DNA of 64,000 bases, from NCBI GenBank assembly GCA_033763455.1, contig JANRKO010000006.1:288001-352000 (forward strand), read 5' to 3'. This DNA comes from Polyangiaceae bacterium. GTDB lineage: Bacteria > Myxococcota_A > Polyangia > Polyangiales > Polyangiaceae. Positions within the stretch are counted from its first letter, which is position 1. The number at the start of each line of letters is the position of its first letter. This document shows positions 1-8,757 of this stretch, piece by piece. The position numbers and the translations under genes were made by a program. A model generated the notes under the pieces. That model was not told the DNA's origin. It made no database searches and saw only the letters and a program-made list of their open reading frames with translations.

Positions 1-234
1 GCAGCACTGGCGGCGGAAGCTCCAGCCCAATATTACGCGCGTCTGCATCAGGAGTACGTGGCGGCGAAGCGGCAGCTGGGGGATCCTGTCGAGCACATCA
101 CTTTTGACGCTTTCGTCGCGAAAATCCGGGCGAGCGAACAACAAATGACCCAGAAGCACGGGCGCCCCGTGCGATTTCAAGTCACCCTGCGGGATAGCTC
201 GGTGGTATTGGTCGCCGTTATCCTCCCGGGCTAA
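1..234 (+). CDS. 3' end of a CDS truncated by the window edge; resembles the MXAN_5187 C-terminal domain family
   Basis: Frame 1 is open from base 1 to TAA at 232-234 (...YYARLHQEYVAAKRQLGDPVEHITFDAFVAKIRASEQQMTQKHGRPVRFQVTLRDSSVVLVAVILPG*). The EYVxAKxxxG...F...VRFxV pattern recalls the myxobacterial MXAN_5187 C-terminal domain. Confidence 0.55.
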   Translation, partial: AALAAEAPAQYYARLHQEYVAAKRQLGDPVEHITFDAFVAKIRASEQQMTQKHGRPVRFQVTLRDSSVVLVAVILPG

Positions 235-341
235 AGTCCAGGGCTTTACCTCCAGGGGCCGCGGGCTATAAGCGCAGCCCTGAGCTTTGGTGCTCAGGGC
301 GGTGAGGGCCGATTGGTCCCGCAAGAGCTTTGAGGAACGTC

Positions 342-1085
342 ATGGGTTTGCTGGATTGGTTCGGAAAAGGTAAGGGCGAAGCACCGGTTTCCAAGTCGGC
401 TCGGGATGTGGCCCGGTACGCCAGGCTGGTGGAAAGCAAGCTATCTCAGGACTACGACCGACAGGACGCCATTGAGCAGCTTGGCAAGCTCGGCACTGCG
501 GCGAGTTGTGAAGCGTTACTCAAGCGCTTCAACTGGTCGATGGACCCTTCCATCACTGATCAGGACGAAAAGGAGTCCGCCGCACGCGGCATCATCGCCG
601 CGGGCAAAGTCGCGTTGGAGCCTTTGCGGGCTTACTGCAAGCGCGCCGAAAGCTTGACGTGGCCGCTCAAAATCTTAAAAGAAATCGTTGAGCCTGCTCA
701 CTACGTCGAAGAGCTGTTGGCGGCGCTCGATCAGTTCGACACCGAATATCTCAGGAATCCGGAGCCCAAAATTCAGCTGCTCGGAGCGCTATCAGAGCAT
801 CCAACCGAGGATGTTAGGGTCGCGTTGCTCCCGTTCGTTCAGGATGTGAGCGAGCCAGTACGTTATGCTGCGGTTGTGGCCGTTCTTGCGATCGACAACG
901 CAGCCAGCGCGGAGGCCCTAGTGGCCGGCATTGAGCACGAAGAATCACTACGCGTGAAGAATCGCGTTGCTTCGGGCCTAGCAGAGAAGGGCTGGCCGGT
1001 GCCGCTTGAGTTGCGGGAAGCCTGTGCGGATTCGCTTCCCCCTGGGTTTAGGCTCGTCGGTGAATTCGTCCGGGCGAATTCCTAA
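342..1085 (+). CDS. HEAT-repeat domain protein (cytoplasmic)
   Basis: Helical repeats such as RQDAIEQLGKLG and VRYAAVVAVLAI. ATG at 342 (MGLLDWFGK) follows GAGGA; the ORF track starts at TTG 330. Confidence 0.75.
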   Translation: MGLLDWFGKGKGEAPVSKSARDVARYARLVESKLSQDYDRQDAIEQLGKLGTAASCEALLKRFNWSMDPSITDQDEKESAARGIIAAGKVALEPLRAYCKRAESLTWPLKILKEIVEPAHYVEELLAALDQFDTEYLRNPEPKIQLLGALSEHPTEDVRVALLPFVQDVSEPVRYAAVVAVLAIDNAASAEALVAGIEHEESLRVKNRVASGLAEKGWPVPLELREACADSLPPGFRLVGEFVRANS

Positions 1086-1241
1086 GGCGCTCCTTTCCTC
1101 TCCAACTTGCCGACAGCTACGCCTCGGCTAGACGTCGAACGTCGCCTCACGCCCTGCGTCCTCGGGCTGTTCGCAAGACCGTGTGCTGCGAAGTCCATAG
1201 CCGAGGCGCAACAAGTCAACGACTGCAAGTTCGGCAGCGCC
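1086..1241 (-). ncRNA. Candidate structured RNA or long imperfect rod-like hairpin in a convergent intergenic gap
   Basis: Nested inverted repeats; on the minus strand most mismatches become G-U pairs (see findings). No family recognised. Confidence 0.3.
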
Positions 1242-1414
1242 CGGCGGAACCACACAAGCTGTGGCGCACTGGTCAACGCTCGCAGGCTCGCTCGGCAAAG
1301 CGTACAAAAACAAAGCAATCTGCCTCCAGCTGGGCAGAGCACAACTCGCGCCGCATGGCGAATCCAAGGCCGCGAAGCGCGGGGCGACCAAGAGACAAAC
1401 GAACGGGCACGCTG

Positions 1415-1437
1415 ACACACAGGCATCGCCTGCGTGT
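1415..1437 (-). terminator. Hairpin downstream of the gltA-like gene, possible terminator
   Basis: Minus strand ACACGCAGGC-GAT-GCCTGTGTGT (10-bp stem with one G-U), just past the stop codon. The U-rich tract is offset by about 10 nt. Confidence 0.4.
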
Positions 1438-1450
1438 GGGCCCAGCTAAA

Positions 1451-2317
1451 CTACTCGCTGATGAGCGGCAGGGTAGGCAGATAGATGTTGTAGCTCACCG
1501 AAAGCATTTGGTTGAACTTGAACTGCCGGTCGTCTGCGTTAACTTTGTTGTCCGGGGTTTCGCCCTTGGGGCCGCCGCCGGCAACATCGAAGCCGCCCGT
1601 GTTCCAGGAGTACGGCATGCCCCGCCACTCGAAGCCGACGCCACTCCAATCGTTCACGTAGAAGGAGAACCCAAGGCCAAATGTTGGAGCGATAGCCATC
1701 CGGCTTGTCATGTTGAAGGAATTGTTGCAACCAGACTCACAATCCTCACGTTCTTTTAGCCCAACAAATGCCGGGCCACCGAACAGATAAAGATCCGAAT
1801 CCAGCACGATTCCTTGGAAAAGAGCCAGCTTCCCGCGAAACGGGACGGCGGTTAGCTGCGGGGACGCCACCCAATCGACGCCTGCGATCTGGTCTTCGAA
1901 ATTCGGGCCGAGATTATTCGCCACTAGGCGGCGCTGCAGCGAATCGGGGGGAAGGGTGCTTCGCTGCGAATTCACGTCCTGAATTTGCTTCGAGAGGTGC
2001 GTAGGGCCCTGAATGACACTGCCCGTTGCTCCCCATACGCCCAGCGCCAACCAGTCGGCAACGTTGTAGTTCAAACGCGCACCAAGAAAGATCGTGCGTT
2101 GATACTCGTCCAGCAACGTGAAGCTCGCCGAAGGAGCGATTTCAAACCGCCCCTGTCGGTAGAGCTTCAACTTCCGAACGGCCCTCGCCCCAGCGAGCGG
2201 ACCAGTCAGCAGGATCTCCTGAGCCTGGGCACTTGCTGCTCCCACCGTGAGCGATACAGCTACGCCTAGCCCAACAAGGGCTCGTTTAGCTTGTTTATAT
2301 GTGTTGTGCGTTCGCAT
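1451..2317 (-). CDS. gltA: Myxobacterial outer-membrane beta-barrel protein, GltA-like
   Basis: Signal peptide (..ASAQA/QE), GRFEIAP..FTLLDEY motif, alternating aromatic beta-strands. Second of a tandem barrel pair near glt genes. The A/B assignment rests on gene order only. Confidence 0.6.
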   Translation of the reverse strand: MRTHNTYKQAKRALVGLGVAVSLTVGAASAQAQEILLTGPLAGARAVRKLKLYRQGRFEIAPSASFTLLDEYQRTIFLGARLNYNVADWLALGVWGATGSVIQGPTHLSKQIQDVNSQRSTLPPDSLQRRLVANNLGPNFEDQIAGVDWVASPQLTAVPFRGKLALFQGIVLDSDLYLFGGPAFVGLKEREDCESGCNNSFNMTSRMAIAPTFGLGFSFYVNDWSGVGFEWRGMPYSWNTGGFDVAGGGPKGETPDNKVNADDRQFKFNQMLSVSYNIYLPTLPLISE

Positions 2318-2340
2318 CGTCGCCTAACCTTGACCTCGCC

Positions 2341-3288
2341 TTACTTAGGCAGCTGGTACTCGAAGGTGGGGGGAAGGAAAAAGGATACGCCAGCCTGGGC
2401 CTGAACGTTCCAAGTGAGTGATTTGTCGCCGAGCCACGTCGATTCGTCGCGCTGTGCCTCAGGCGTACTGGCAACCTCAAGGTTTTCCAGCTGATCATTG
2501 AAGGTGTAGTCCCGTACTTCGAGCACCGCTGCGAACCAGCGACTCAGGTAAATTCGAAGACCGATGCCTGCGTTGAAAGCCAGCTTGGTGCTGAACTTGA
2601 AGTTGCGGTTATCCGGGTCAATGATTGGTATGGGACGTGTGCTAATCGCTCCAACACCGCCCACGACATATGCATCGTAGTGGAAGATGAAGTCCTGAAA
2701 GCCGGCGAATTTGCCTTGTGCTGGAACGTAGCTGAAATTCAGCGCACCGCTCCACTGGTATTCCGTCAACGGCACTGCAACACGAGCTGCGCGACGGACC
2801 TGAGCATTGAACTTGCTGTCGATGTTGAGCGGCTCGTAGTAGTTGCCGTTCACACCAATGGCCAACGCTTCACTCACGTAATAGTTCAGGCCAAGGCCTG
2901 GGCCTGGGTGACCGACGAATTGATCGTTCAACGTGAGGCCCCAATAGGGGTTCACCTCGAAGCGGCCCTTCTTCACCACGAAGCGCTGCTGCACCGCATA
3001 GACCTCTTCTACGAGGGGCCGCTTGGCCTCCTTATCGAAGTCAAGATTCGGGCACGCTTCGGGATCAATCTTGCAGATATCTCCAAGGCTGTCTTCCGCG
3101 CCTTCGGCTCCAGTGCTTTCGGAAGGTGCATCGGCCGTGGCCTCCGCACCATCTCCGTCAGTTGGAGTTTCAGCAGCTGCTGGTGTCTTTTCGTTCGTCT
3201 CGGCAGCAGCTTTGCCCTGCGCCCAACTTGTCGTCGGAAGTGCGCATAACAGAGCTGCCCCGAGGAGCCCGATGTAAGTCTTCTGCAT
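2341..3288 (-). CDS. gltB: Myxobacterial outer-membrane beta-barrel protein, GltB-like
   Basis: ATG 3288 with GGGAG SD; signal peptide (..TTSWA/Q); acidic N-terminal linker; VYAVQQRFVVKKGRFEVNPYWGLTLNDQF motif; ends GVSFFLP... Confidence 0.6.
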   Translation of the reverse strand: MQKTYIGLLGAALLCALPTTSWAQGKAAAETNEKTPAAAETPTDGDGAEATADAPSESTGAEGAEDSLGDICKIDPEACPNLDFDKEAKRPLVEEVYAVQQRFVVKKGRFEVNPYWGLTLNDQFVGHPGPGLGLNYYVSEALAIGVNGNYYEPLNIDSKFNAQVRRAARVAVPLTEYQWSGALNFSYVPAQGKFAGFQDFIFHYDAYVVGGVGAISTRPIPIIDPDNRNFKFSTKLAFNAGIGLRIYLSRWFAAVLEVRDYTFNDQLENLEVASTPEAQRDESTWLGDKSLTWNVQAQAGVSFFLPPTFEYQLPK

Positions 3289-3404
3289 CGATGCGACTCC
3301 CGCTTTCCCTTCCGTAATCAACCGCAAGAACAACCGCGCCGGCTTGGAGTGAGATAACCACTCGGAATTATTGAAGAAAGATGCATGCCCAGCTGCCGGC
3401 GGCG

Positions 3405-3434
3405 ACTATAGCACTGAGGATTTCCTACGATCAA
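3405..3434 (-). promoter_or_regulatory. Sigma70-type promoter for the gltB/gltA-like pair
   Basis: Minus strand TTGATC-N18-TATAGT with an extended -10 TG. Confidence 0.55.
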
Positions 3435-3588
3435 CCGCCAAAGTACCAGGCGTGCATTCAATTGGCGTTGACGCAGCACACCATGCGCAAGATCCCCGAG
3501 GATCGCGCGCAGGAACCCCCATCCGACCCAAGAAAACTTTGTTACACGCTCCACAGGTGCTGCTTGCTCGGACAGATGTTGGTTGACG

Positions 3589-4836
3589 TTAGGCAGCATC
3601 GGCGGACGTGTCCTTTCCAAGCAACGCTTCAACGAAGTCGTCTGGGGAGAACTCGTGCAGATCGTCAGGACGTTCGCCAAGCCCAACGAACCGGACTGGC
3701 AGCTTCAGTGTGTCGCAAATTCCGAGGATGACCCCACCTTTCGCGGTTCCATCAAGCTTCGTGAGGACCAAACCGGTGAGGGGGAGGCTTTCCTTGAATT
3801 CGCGCGCTTGAGCCAAAGCATTCTGGCCGTTCGTCGCGTCAATCACCAGAAGGACCTCATGAGGTGCGCCGTCGAGAGCCTTTGCGGCACTCTTAACGAT
3901 TTTTTGCATCTCAGACATAAGGTTGGTCTTCGTGTGGAGCCGCCCGGCTGTGTCAGCCAGCACAACCGCGACATCCTCTTCTTGACCCTTCTTGATCGCC
4001 TCGAAGATCACGCTACTTGGATCGGCGCCATCTTTTCCGCGCACCACCAGCGAGCCAGTGCGCTCTCCCCAGACGCCTAGTTGCTGAACGGCTGCAGCGC
4101 GGAAGGTATCGCCAGCGGCCAACACCGAGCGGAGGTTGTCGGCCTTTAGCTTTGCTGCCAACTTGCCGATTGTTGTCGTTTTCCCAGCGCCATTCACGCC
4201 TACCATCAACACAACGGTCGGCGTGCCTCTAAGCTTGAAGGAGCCAAACTCACCGTTTACAGAAAGGATCCGTCTGGCCTCGCTGCGAAGCGCATCCCAG
4301 ACCTGCGCCGAATCCGAGAGCTGAGAACCCTTGAGGGCCTCGCGGACGCGCCCAAGGATTACCTGAGTTGTTTCTACCCCCACGTCCGAGCTTAACAACA
4401 CCTCTTCAATCTGGTCGGCAATGTCGGCGCCAATTTGCGCCTTGCCCCCGAACAAAGCGCGCAAACGTCCAAAAATCCCCTCGTCGCTCCGTGAACGCGC
4501 CAACCCGCGTCGCATCCCCTCCACGTCTTGCACAGGAGCCAAAGACTTCCGCGGAGGCGCAGTTGTACGCTTTGCATTCTCCTGCGACGCGTCCTGCGGC
4601 GCATCGCTTGCGCCTGGCGGGATGGCTCCGGTCGCGCGCTTCTTTGACTCAGGCGGAAGCGGGCTCGCTGCGTCGACCTTGCGTGGCCCCTTATCGCCGG
4701 GCGCTTTGGCCTCGGACACAGGGAGGGGAGGTGTGGACGCAACAGGCTTCTCGGTCTCGGATTTGTTTCCTCGACCAAACAAAAGGTAAAGGCCCAGTAA
4801 TAGGGCCAAGAGGACGACGACGTATACAACTTCCAT
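3589..4836 (-). CDS. ftsY: Signal recognition particle receptor FtsY with an N-terminal hydrophobic anchor
   Basis: GVNGAGKTTTIGKLA, DTFRAAA, DTAGR and TKLDGTAKGG motifs. Probable start ATG 4836 (MEVVYVVVLLALLLGLYLLF). Confidence 0.95.
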   Translation of the reverse strand: MEVVYVVVLLALLLGLYLLFGRGNKSETEKPVASTPPLPVSEAKAPGDKGPRKVDAASPLPPESKKRATGAIPPGASDAPQDASQENAKRTTAPPRKSLAPVQDVEGMRRGLARSRSDEGIFGRLRALFGGKAQIGADIADQIEEVLLSSDVGVETTQVILGRVREALKGSQLSDSAQVWDALRSEARRILSVNGEFGSFKLRGTPTVVLMVGVNGAGKTTTIGKLAAKLKADNLRSVLAAGDTFRAAAVQQLGVWGERTGSLVVRGKDGADPSSVIFEAIKKGQEEDVAVVLADTAGRLHTKTNLMSEMQKIVKSAAKALDGAPHEVLLVIDATNGQNALAQAREFKESLPLTGLVLTKLDGTAKGGVILGICDTLKLPVRFVGLGERPDDLHEFSPDDFVEALLGKDTSADAA

Positions 4837-4951
4837 CGCAAGCTCAGGGTGCGCGGAGCGGACTATACGGGGCACCTGTTTCGACAGTCAACGTGGCCGA
4901 ACTGGTGCAGCGGCGGCTTCGCGTTGAAGAAGTGCGTGTGCTCGTCCTGAG

Positions 4952-6673
4952 TCACGAGCGCGGCTCGCGAGTTCGCGCTGCATTTTCTTTTTCCTCATCG
5001 ACTGGAATAGGTCCGAATGCGGCAGCCTCTACTGCTTCGGCCCACGCTACGACGTCTGGAGAAAGGTGCCGTTCGGCGATGCGCCCTACGTATCCGGGCG
5101 TCGGGTCGCCGGGCCTGTTCCACGGGCGGCCACGCCGCTGGGCCCAAAGCACGAGGCCATCTAAAAGTGCGCGCCGTCGCGAAATGAGTCGTACTAGCAA
5201 TTCGCCATTCGTTGGAAGCTCCTGAACCAGGGTGGAATGCCACGCGGCGGTGACGACTAGGGAAAGCGGCTGGATTCCTTCGACTGGCGCTAGGCTAAAG
5301 TAGCCCTCGCCGTTGCTGTTGGTGGTCGCGAGTGTGCCAGTCGTTCCAAAAGAGGGTGTGCGGAGAGTGAGGCAAACGTTGCTGAGTGCCGCCCCGGAGT
5401 GAGCGTCGATGACGCGCCCGTGCCAGCCTTCATCTTTTGCAAGCGGCCGCACGAACTCTAGCCCCGGGCCAGCTGGTTGCTCAGTTGTCGGTCCTGGTGG
5501 TGATAGCTCGTGGCGGCGTCCCTTCGGGCGCCACCACGCCGTCAGGATCCATCCTGACGCAAGCAACGCCCCCAGTAACCAAGGAACCACCGATGGTTCA
5601 GCACCATCCACGACCGTGACCATTTGCACCGCTGGTTTTCCCGCGGTGAGATATGGGGCGGACGGGATGAACGTGTAGCGGACTTGCACGGGGTGCTTCT
5701 CTGCGCGTTGAAACTTCAGCTGCGGTTTGGCTATCCCGTTTGTCACTGAGAATGCTCCCGCAAATACTCCGTTCACTTCCGCTTGCACCGCCCCGGTCGC
5801 AACTTGCCCGAGTGGCGAGGTCGCGGTGACAGTCGTTTGAAAGGGTTCTCCGCGCGCAGCGTCGATGGTCGCTGCGGTGGTCAGTCGAACGGGCGCGACG
5901 AGCTGCAGCTTCAGCGTTGTCTTTGCCGGTTTGAGCCAGCTGGCTCCTGAAAACGACAGGCTTATTTCCTTTGCGCCCGGCGCCCCCATGTCGCGCGAGC
6001 GAACTTCGACTTCCATCCGTTCATTCGGGCGAGCGCGCAGCTCAGCCAGTTTTCGGACCGACCCGCGATCATGCACTTCTAGCAGTAGGGGGATTTCATG
6101 CACTGCATCGTCGGAGAGAAACGCGGGGACTACAGTTGCATCGATGTGCAGAACATGACTCTGCCGGCTAACGTCGAGCGTTTCGCCAAACGTTGAGAGA
6201 GCAAGATCAAGCGAACGGCGAGTTCGATCAATGGCGAAGTCTTGGGTCTCTCCAAGTAGCCAATCGGAAGCTAACACGCGTAGCTCAACGTTTCCCGTGA
6301 GGCTCGGTTCCAAGCTTAGGCAAAAGCGACCATCAGCCCCGGAAAGCACAACCCCTTCCTCTCGCGCAGGTGATTCAGCAAGCGCGCGAGCAGCCGCGTC
6401 ATTGCAGGCGGTGGTAGCTCTGAAGCGCCGCGGCCCGCCCCCAGCAAGAACTCGAACTTCGAGGCTAGCGCCTGCCACCGGCCGGCCAGCGTCATCGGCC
6501 ACGCTGCCCCGCACTTCGAGCCGGTCCGGGAGCTCTTCCACCAGAGCACTTACTTTTGCCGTTCCTCGGACGCGCATTGTCGGGGGCGGGGCTGCCACCG
6601 CCGAAGCCGCCAGCCAGCCGATCGCAAGCGCTGCGGACGCCACCGTCCAACCTATGCGCCTAAGCACCGACAC
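4952..6673 (-). CDS. Membrane-anchored multi-beta-sandwich protein with carboxypeptidase-regulatory-like domains
   Basis: Signal peptide (VSVLRRIGW...AASAVA); G-x-V-x-D-x-x-G-x-P/A motifs (RGSVADDAGRPV, HGRVIDAHSGAAL); TM segment PWLLGALLASGWILTAWW. Start placed at GTG 6673 to avoid overlap with the opposite gene. Confidence 0.6.
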   Translation of the reverse strand: MSVLRRIGWTVASAALAIGWLAASAVAAPPPTMRVRGTAKVSALVEELPDRLEVRGSVADDAGRPVAGASLEVRVLAGGGPRRFRATTACNDAAARALAESPAREEGVVLSGADGRFCLSLEPSLTGNVELRVLASDWLLGETQDFAIDRTRRSLDLALSTFGETLDVSRQSHVLHIDATVVPAFLSDDAVHEIPLLLEVHDRGSVRKLAELRARPNERMEVEVRSRDMGAPGAKEISLSFSGASWLKPAKTTLKLQLVAPVRLTTAATIDAARGEPFQTTVTATSPLGQVATGAVQAEVNGVFAGAFSVTNGIAKPQLKFQRAEKHPVQVRYTFIPSAPYLTAGKPAVQMVTVVDGAEPSVVPWLLGALLASGWILTAWWRPKGRRHELSPPGPTTEQPAGPGLEFVRPLAKDEGWHGRVIDAHSGAALSNVCLTLRTPSFGTTGTLATTNSNGEGYFSLAPVEGIQPLSLVVTAAWHSTLVQELPTNGELLVRLISRRRALLDGLVLWAQRRGRPWNRPGDPTPGYVGRIAERHLSPDVVAWAEAVEAAAFGPIPVDEEKENAARTREPRS

Positions 6674-6746
6674 GCACCAAGTGTGCCGACAGGCGAGCGC
6701 GGATGTCGAGTCCCGAAGCGCGAAGAGACGTGATAGGATTGAGGGA

Positions 6747-7544
6747 ATGCCGAAAGCGATGCGCCGCTCGTTTGCCTGCCTGCTGCTGGCGGTGAGTGCC
6801 TTGTTCCCGGTAGAGGTTGGTGCTGCAGAAACGGTAGTCCGGCTCACGAAAAGGCTCGGCCAGGAAAAGGACTTTCGAGTCCGTACCCAGGCGGCCCTAG
6901 CGCTCGGTTCGAGCAAGAGTGCTGCCGCTGTAAAGCCGCTGTGTTCCGCTCTCGCCGATCCCAACGCCACAGTTAGGGCCGCGGCCGCGGCCGCGCTTTC
7001 GAAGTTGAACCGGGGCGGGGTCGACTGCCTGGCGCGGCGGCTGAGTGCGGAATCCAACGATCGCGTTCGAGCCAGCCTCAAACGCGCTCTCGCAACCCTT
7101 GAGCCGGGTCCTACCATCGATGCTTCTTCCAAGTATTATGTGACCCTCGCCGAAGCAAAGGCCGGGGGCTCCGAAGGTGACGCCCGAAATACGCTACTCT
7201 GTTCGACTATGCGTCAAGCCGCCAAGTCGGTGAGTGGGCTTGTGCTAGCGCCACAGGGTGAAGTCGCGGCCCGGGCAACGGAGCTTCTGCGCAAGCACAA
7301 ACAGCTCCGTGGTTTTTACCTCGCCCCTAAGGTTTTCGCTCCCAAATACCAGAGTGGAAGCCTGAAGGTGAAGGTTGAAATAGCAGTGTTCTCGTACCCC
7401 GCACAGTCGCTCCTTGGCAGCTTCTCGGTTGACCTTACCACTCAGGCCGCTTCCGAGGGGGACACGGAGACCGAGAACACGCTCATAAAGATGCTTGCGG
7501 AGCGCGCACTCAAGAAATTCACCACCAATGCGGAGCAATTCTAG
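6747..7544 (+). CDS. Exported HEAT-repeat protein with a C-terminal alpha/beta domain
   Basis: ATG 6747 (alternative start 6759); signal peptide MRRSFACLLLAVSALF; HEAT repeats FRVRTQAALALG, ATVRAAAAAAL and DRVRASLKRAL. Confidence 0.7.
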   Translation: MPKAMRRSFACLLLAVSALFPVEVGAAETVVRLTKRLGQEKDFRVRTQAALALGSSKSAAAVKPLCSALADPNATVRAAAAAALSKLNRGGVDCLARRLSAESNDRVRASLKRALATLEPGPTIDASSKYYVTLAEAKAGGSEGDARNTLLCSTMRQAAKSVSGLVLAPQGEVAARATELLRKHKQLRGFYLAPKVFAPKYQSGSLKVKVEIAVFSYPAQSLLGSFSVDLTTQAASEGDTETENTLIKMLAERALKKFTTNAEQF

Positions 7545-7601
7545 AATGAAATTCGCAGTGGACTTACAGCCGCATCGCGGCAGCATTTGGAGGACGAAGT
7601 G

Positions 7602-8393
7602 ATGGTCACTCAGTCGATTATCCCAAGCTCACCCACGGGGCGCCACCAGCGGCGCCTTCGGAATTATCTCCTCGATAGCCGGTTTCAGCTCAGATACACC
7701 GGCTACATGATCCTCATCGCGTTCGTTGTCGGTGGTGGTCTTGGCTTTGGGCTTTGGCGCACCGGTTCGCGCTTGGCCACCCAGAGCGAGCAGGCCGTGG
7801 CAAGCGGTGAGCAGGCCGTAAGCCTCGGCAAGACGGTGCTAGCCGAAAGTCAGAAGGTGAGCGCTGTTGTAAAAATGAACATCGAAAAAGATCCCACCTA
7901 CGCAGCTGATCCCGCGCTTCTTGCTGCGTTTCAGGCAGACTCAGCGGCGCAAGATGCAACGCTGGGCAAGCAGCAAGAAGCTCTGGAGAATCAAGCCCGG
8001 TTGCTTGAAGCGCAGGCAGCCGAGCTTCGCGCCCAACGCGCGCAGATGCTCTGGATGTTGCCGTTGGTTTGTGTGGTTCTGGTACTCGTGATCGCAATGA
8101 TGGGGATCTATGTCACGCACAAGGTTGCCGGCCCGATCTATAAGATGAAGCGCCAACTGGCCGATGTCGGCGCAGGCTACCTGCGGATCCCTCAGCCACT
8201 TCGCAAGGGTGACGAGTTGGTCGCGTTTTTCGAAACCTTCGACACCATGGTTCGAAACCTGCGAAGGCGCCAAGAGGTGGAAATTGAGAAGTTAGATCGG
8301 GCGCTCGTCGGTTTGGAGGCCAAGGTCGCTCAAGATCATTTGATCGAGCTTCGGCGCTTGCGCACCGAGATGCAGGCGGCTCTCGACGTGTGA
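7602..8393 (+). CDS. Two-TM HAMP-domain membrane protein with no output domain
   Basis: RRLRNYLLD..FQLRY N-terminus, TM1, periplasmic coiled coil, TM2, then HAMP (THKVAGPIYKM...LRKGDELVAF..F..M). GGAGG SD precedes the start. Confidence 0.75.
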   Translation: MVTQSIIPSSPTGRHQRRLRNYLLDSRFQLRYTGYMILIAFVVGGGLGFGLWRTGSRLATQSEQAVASGEQAVSLGKTVLAESQKVSAVVKMNIEKDPTYAADPALLAAFQADSAAQDATLGKQQEALENQARLLEAQAAELRAQRAQMLWMLPLVCVVLVLVIAMMGIYVTHKVAGPIYKMKRQLADVGAGYLRIPQPLRKGDELVAFFETFDTMVRNLRRRQEVEIEKLDRALVGLEAKVAQDHLIELRRLRTEMQAALDV

Positions 8394-8394
8394 G

Positions 8395-8757
8395 CTAAAA
8401 CGCCGCCCGGATGTACTCGACTTCCGGTCCACCAGGTGTGAACGTCACGCTCGCGGCGTCGAACCTCATCCGCTCGACGCTTGCGTCGTGGCGGTACCGT
8501 CTGTCCCATAGCCACTGGCCCGCCTTTCGGATTCGCCTTTGCTTGGTTCGCCCCAAGCTGCCAAAAGCACTCGTAAAGGCACTTTGGCTCCGCGTTCTCA
8601 CCTCGACCACCACCACGACCGGCCCTTCGCGAGCAACTATGTCAAGCTCAAGCGGACCTAGGCGCAGATTCGTAGCTACTATCTGCAAGCCCCGAGCCTC
8701 AAGAAACTGGGCGACTAGATGTTCAGCGGCGGCCCCGCGCGTTCGGGCGAACCTTAT
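8395..8757 (-). CDS. yraN: YraN family (UPF0102) PD-(D/E)XK nuclease-like protein; probable non-canonical ATA start
   Basis: ELDIVAREGPVVVVVEVRTR and RFDAASV motifs. The conserved N-terminus RGAAAEHLVAQFLEARG lies upstream of the TTG at 8688 and is in frame with ATA at 8757. Confidence 0.85.
   Translation of the reverse strand: MRFARTRGAAAEHLVAQFLEARGLQIVATNLRLGPLELDIVAREGPVVVVVEVRTRSQSAFTSAFGSLGRTKQRRIRKAGQWLWDRRYRHDASVERMRFDAASVTFTPGGPEVEYIRAAF

Noticed and set aside
277..300. Perfect 9-bp hairpin GCCCTGAGC-N6-GCTCAGGGC as a terminator
   Set aside because: No U tract, and it follows a -10-like TATAAG, so it could equally be a leader stem; function unsupported.
1086..1241. SRP (4.5S) RNA, given ftsY nearby
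   Set aside because: The conserved CAGG...GGAA...AGCAG domain IV motif is absent on both strands.
1082..1449. Short ORFs in the HEAT/barrel intergenic gap
   Set aside because: No SD, motifs or typical composition; the inverted-repeat structure explains the region better.
6231..7132. Apparent 900-bp antiparallel overlap of the 726-aa and 437-aa ORFs
   Set aside because: The overlap disappears when the starts are placed at the signal peptides (6673 minus, 6747 plus).
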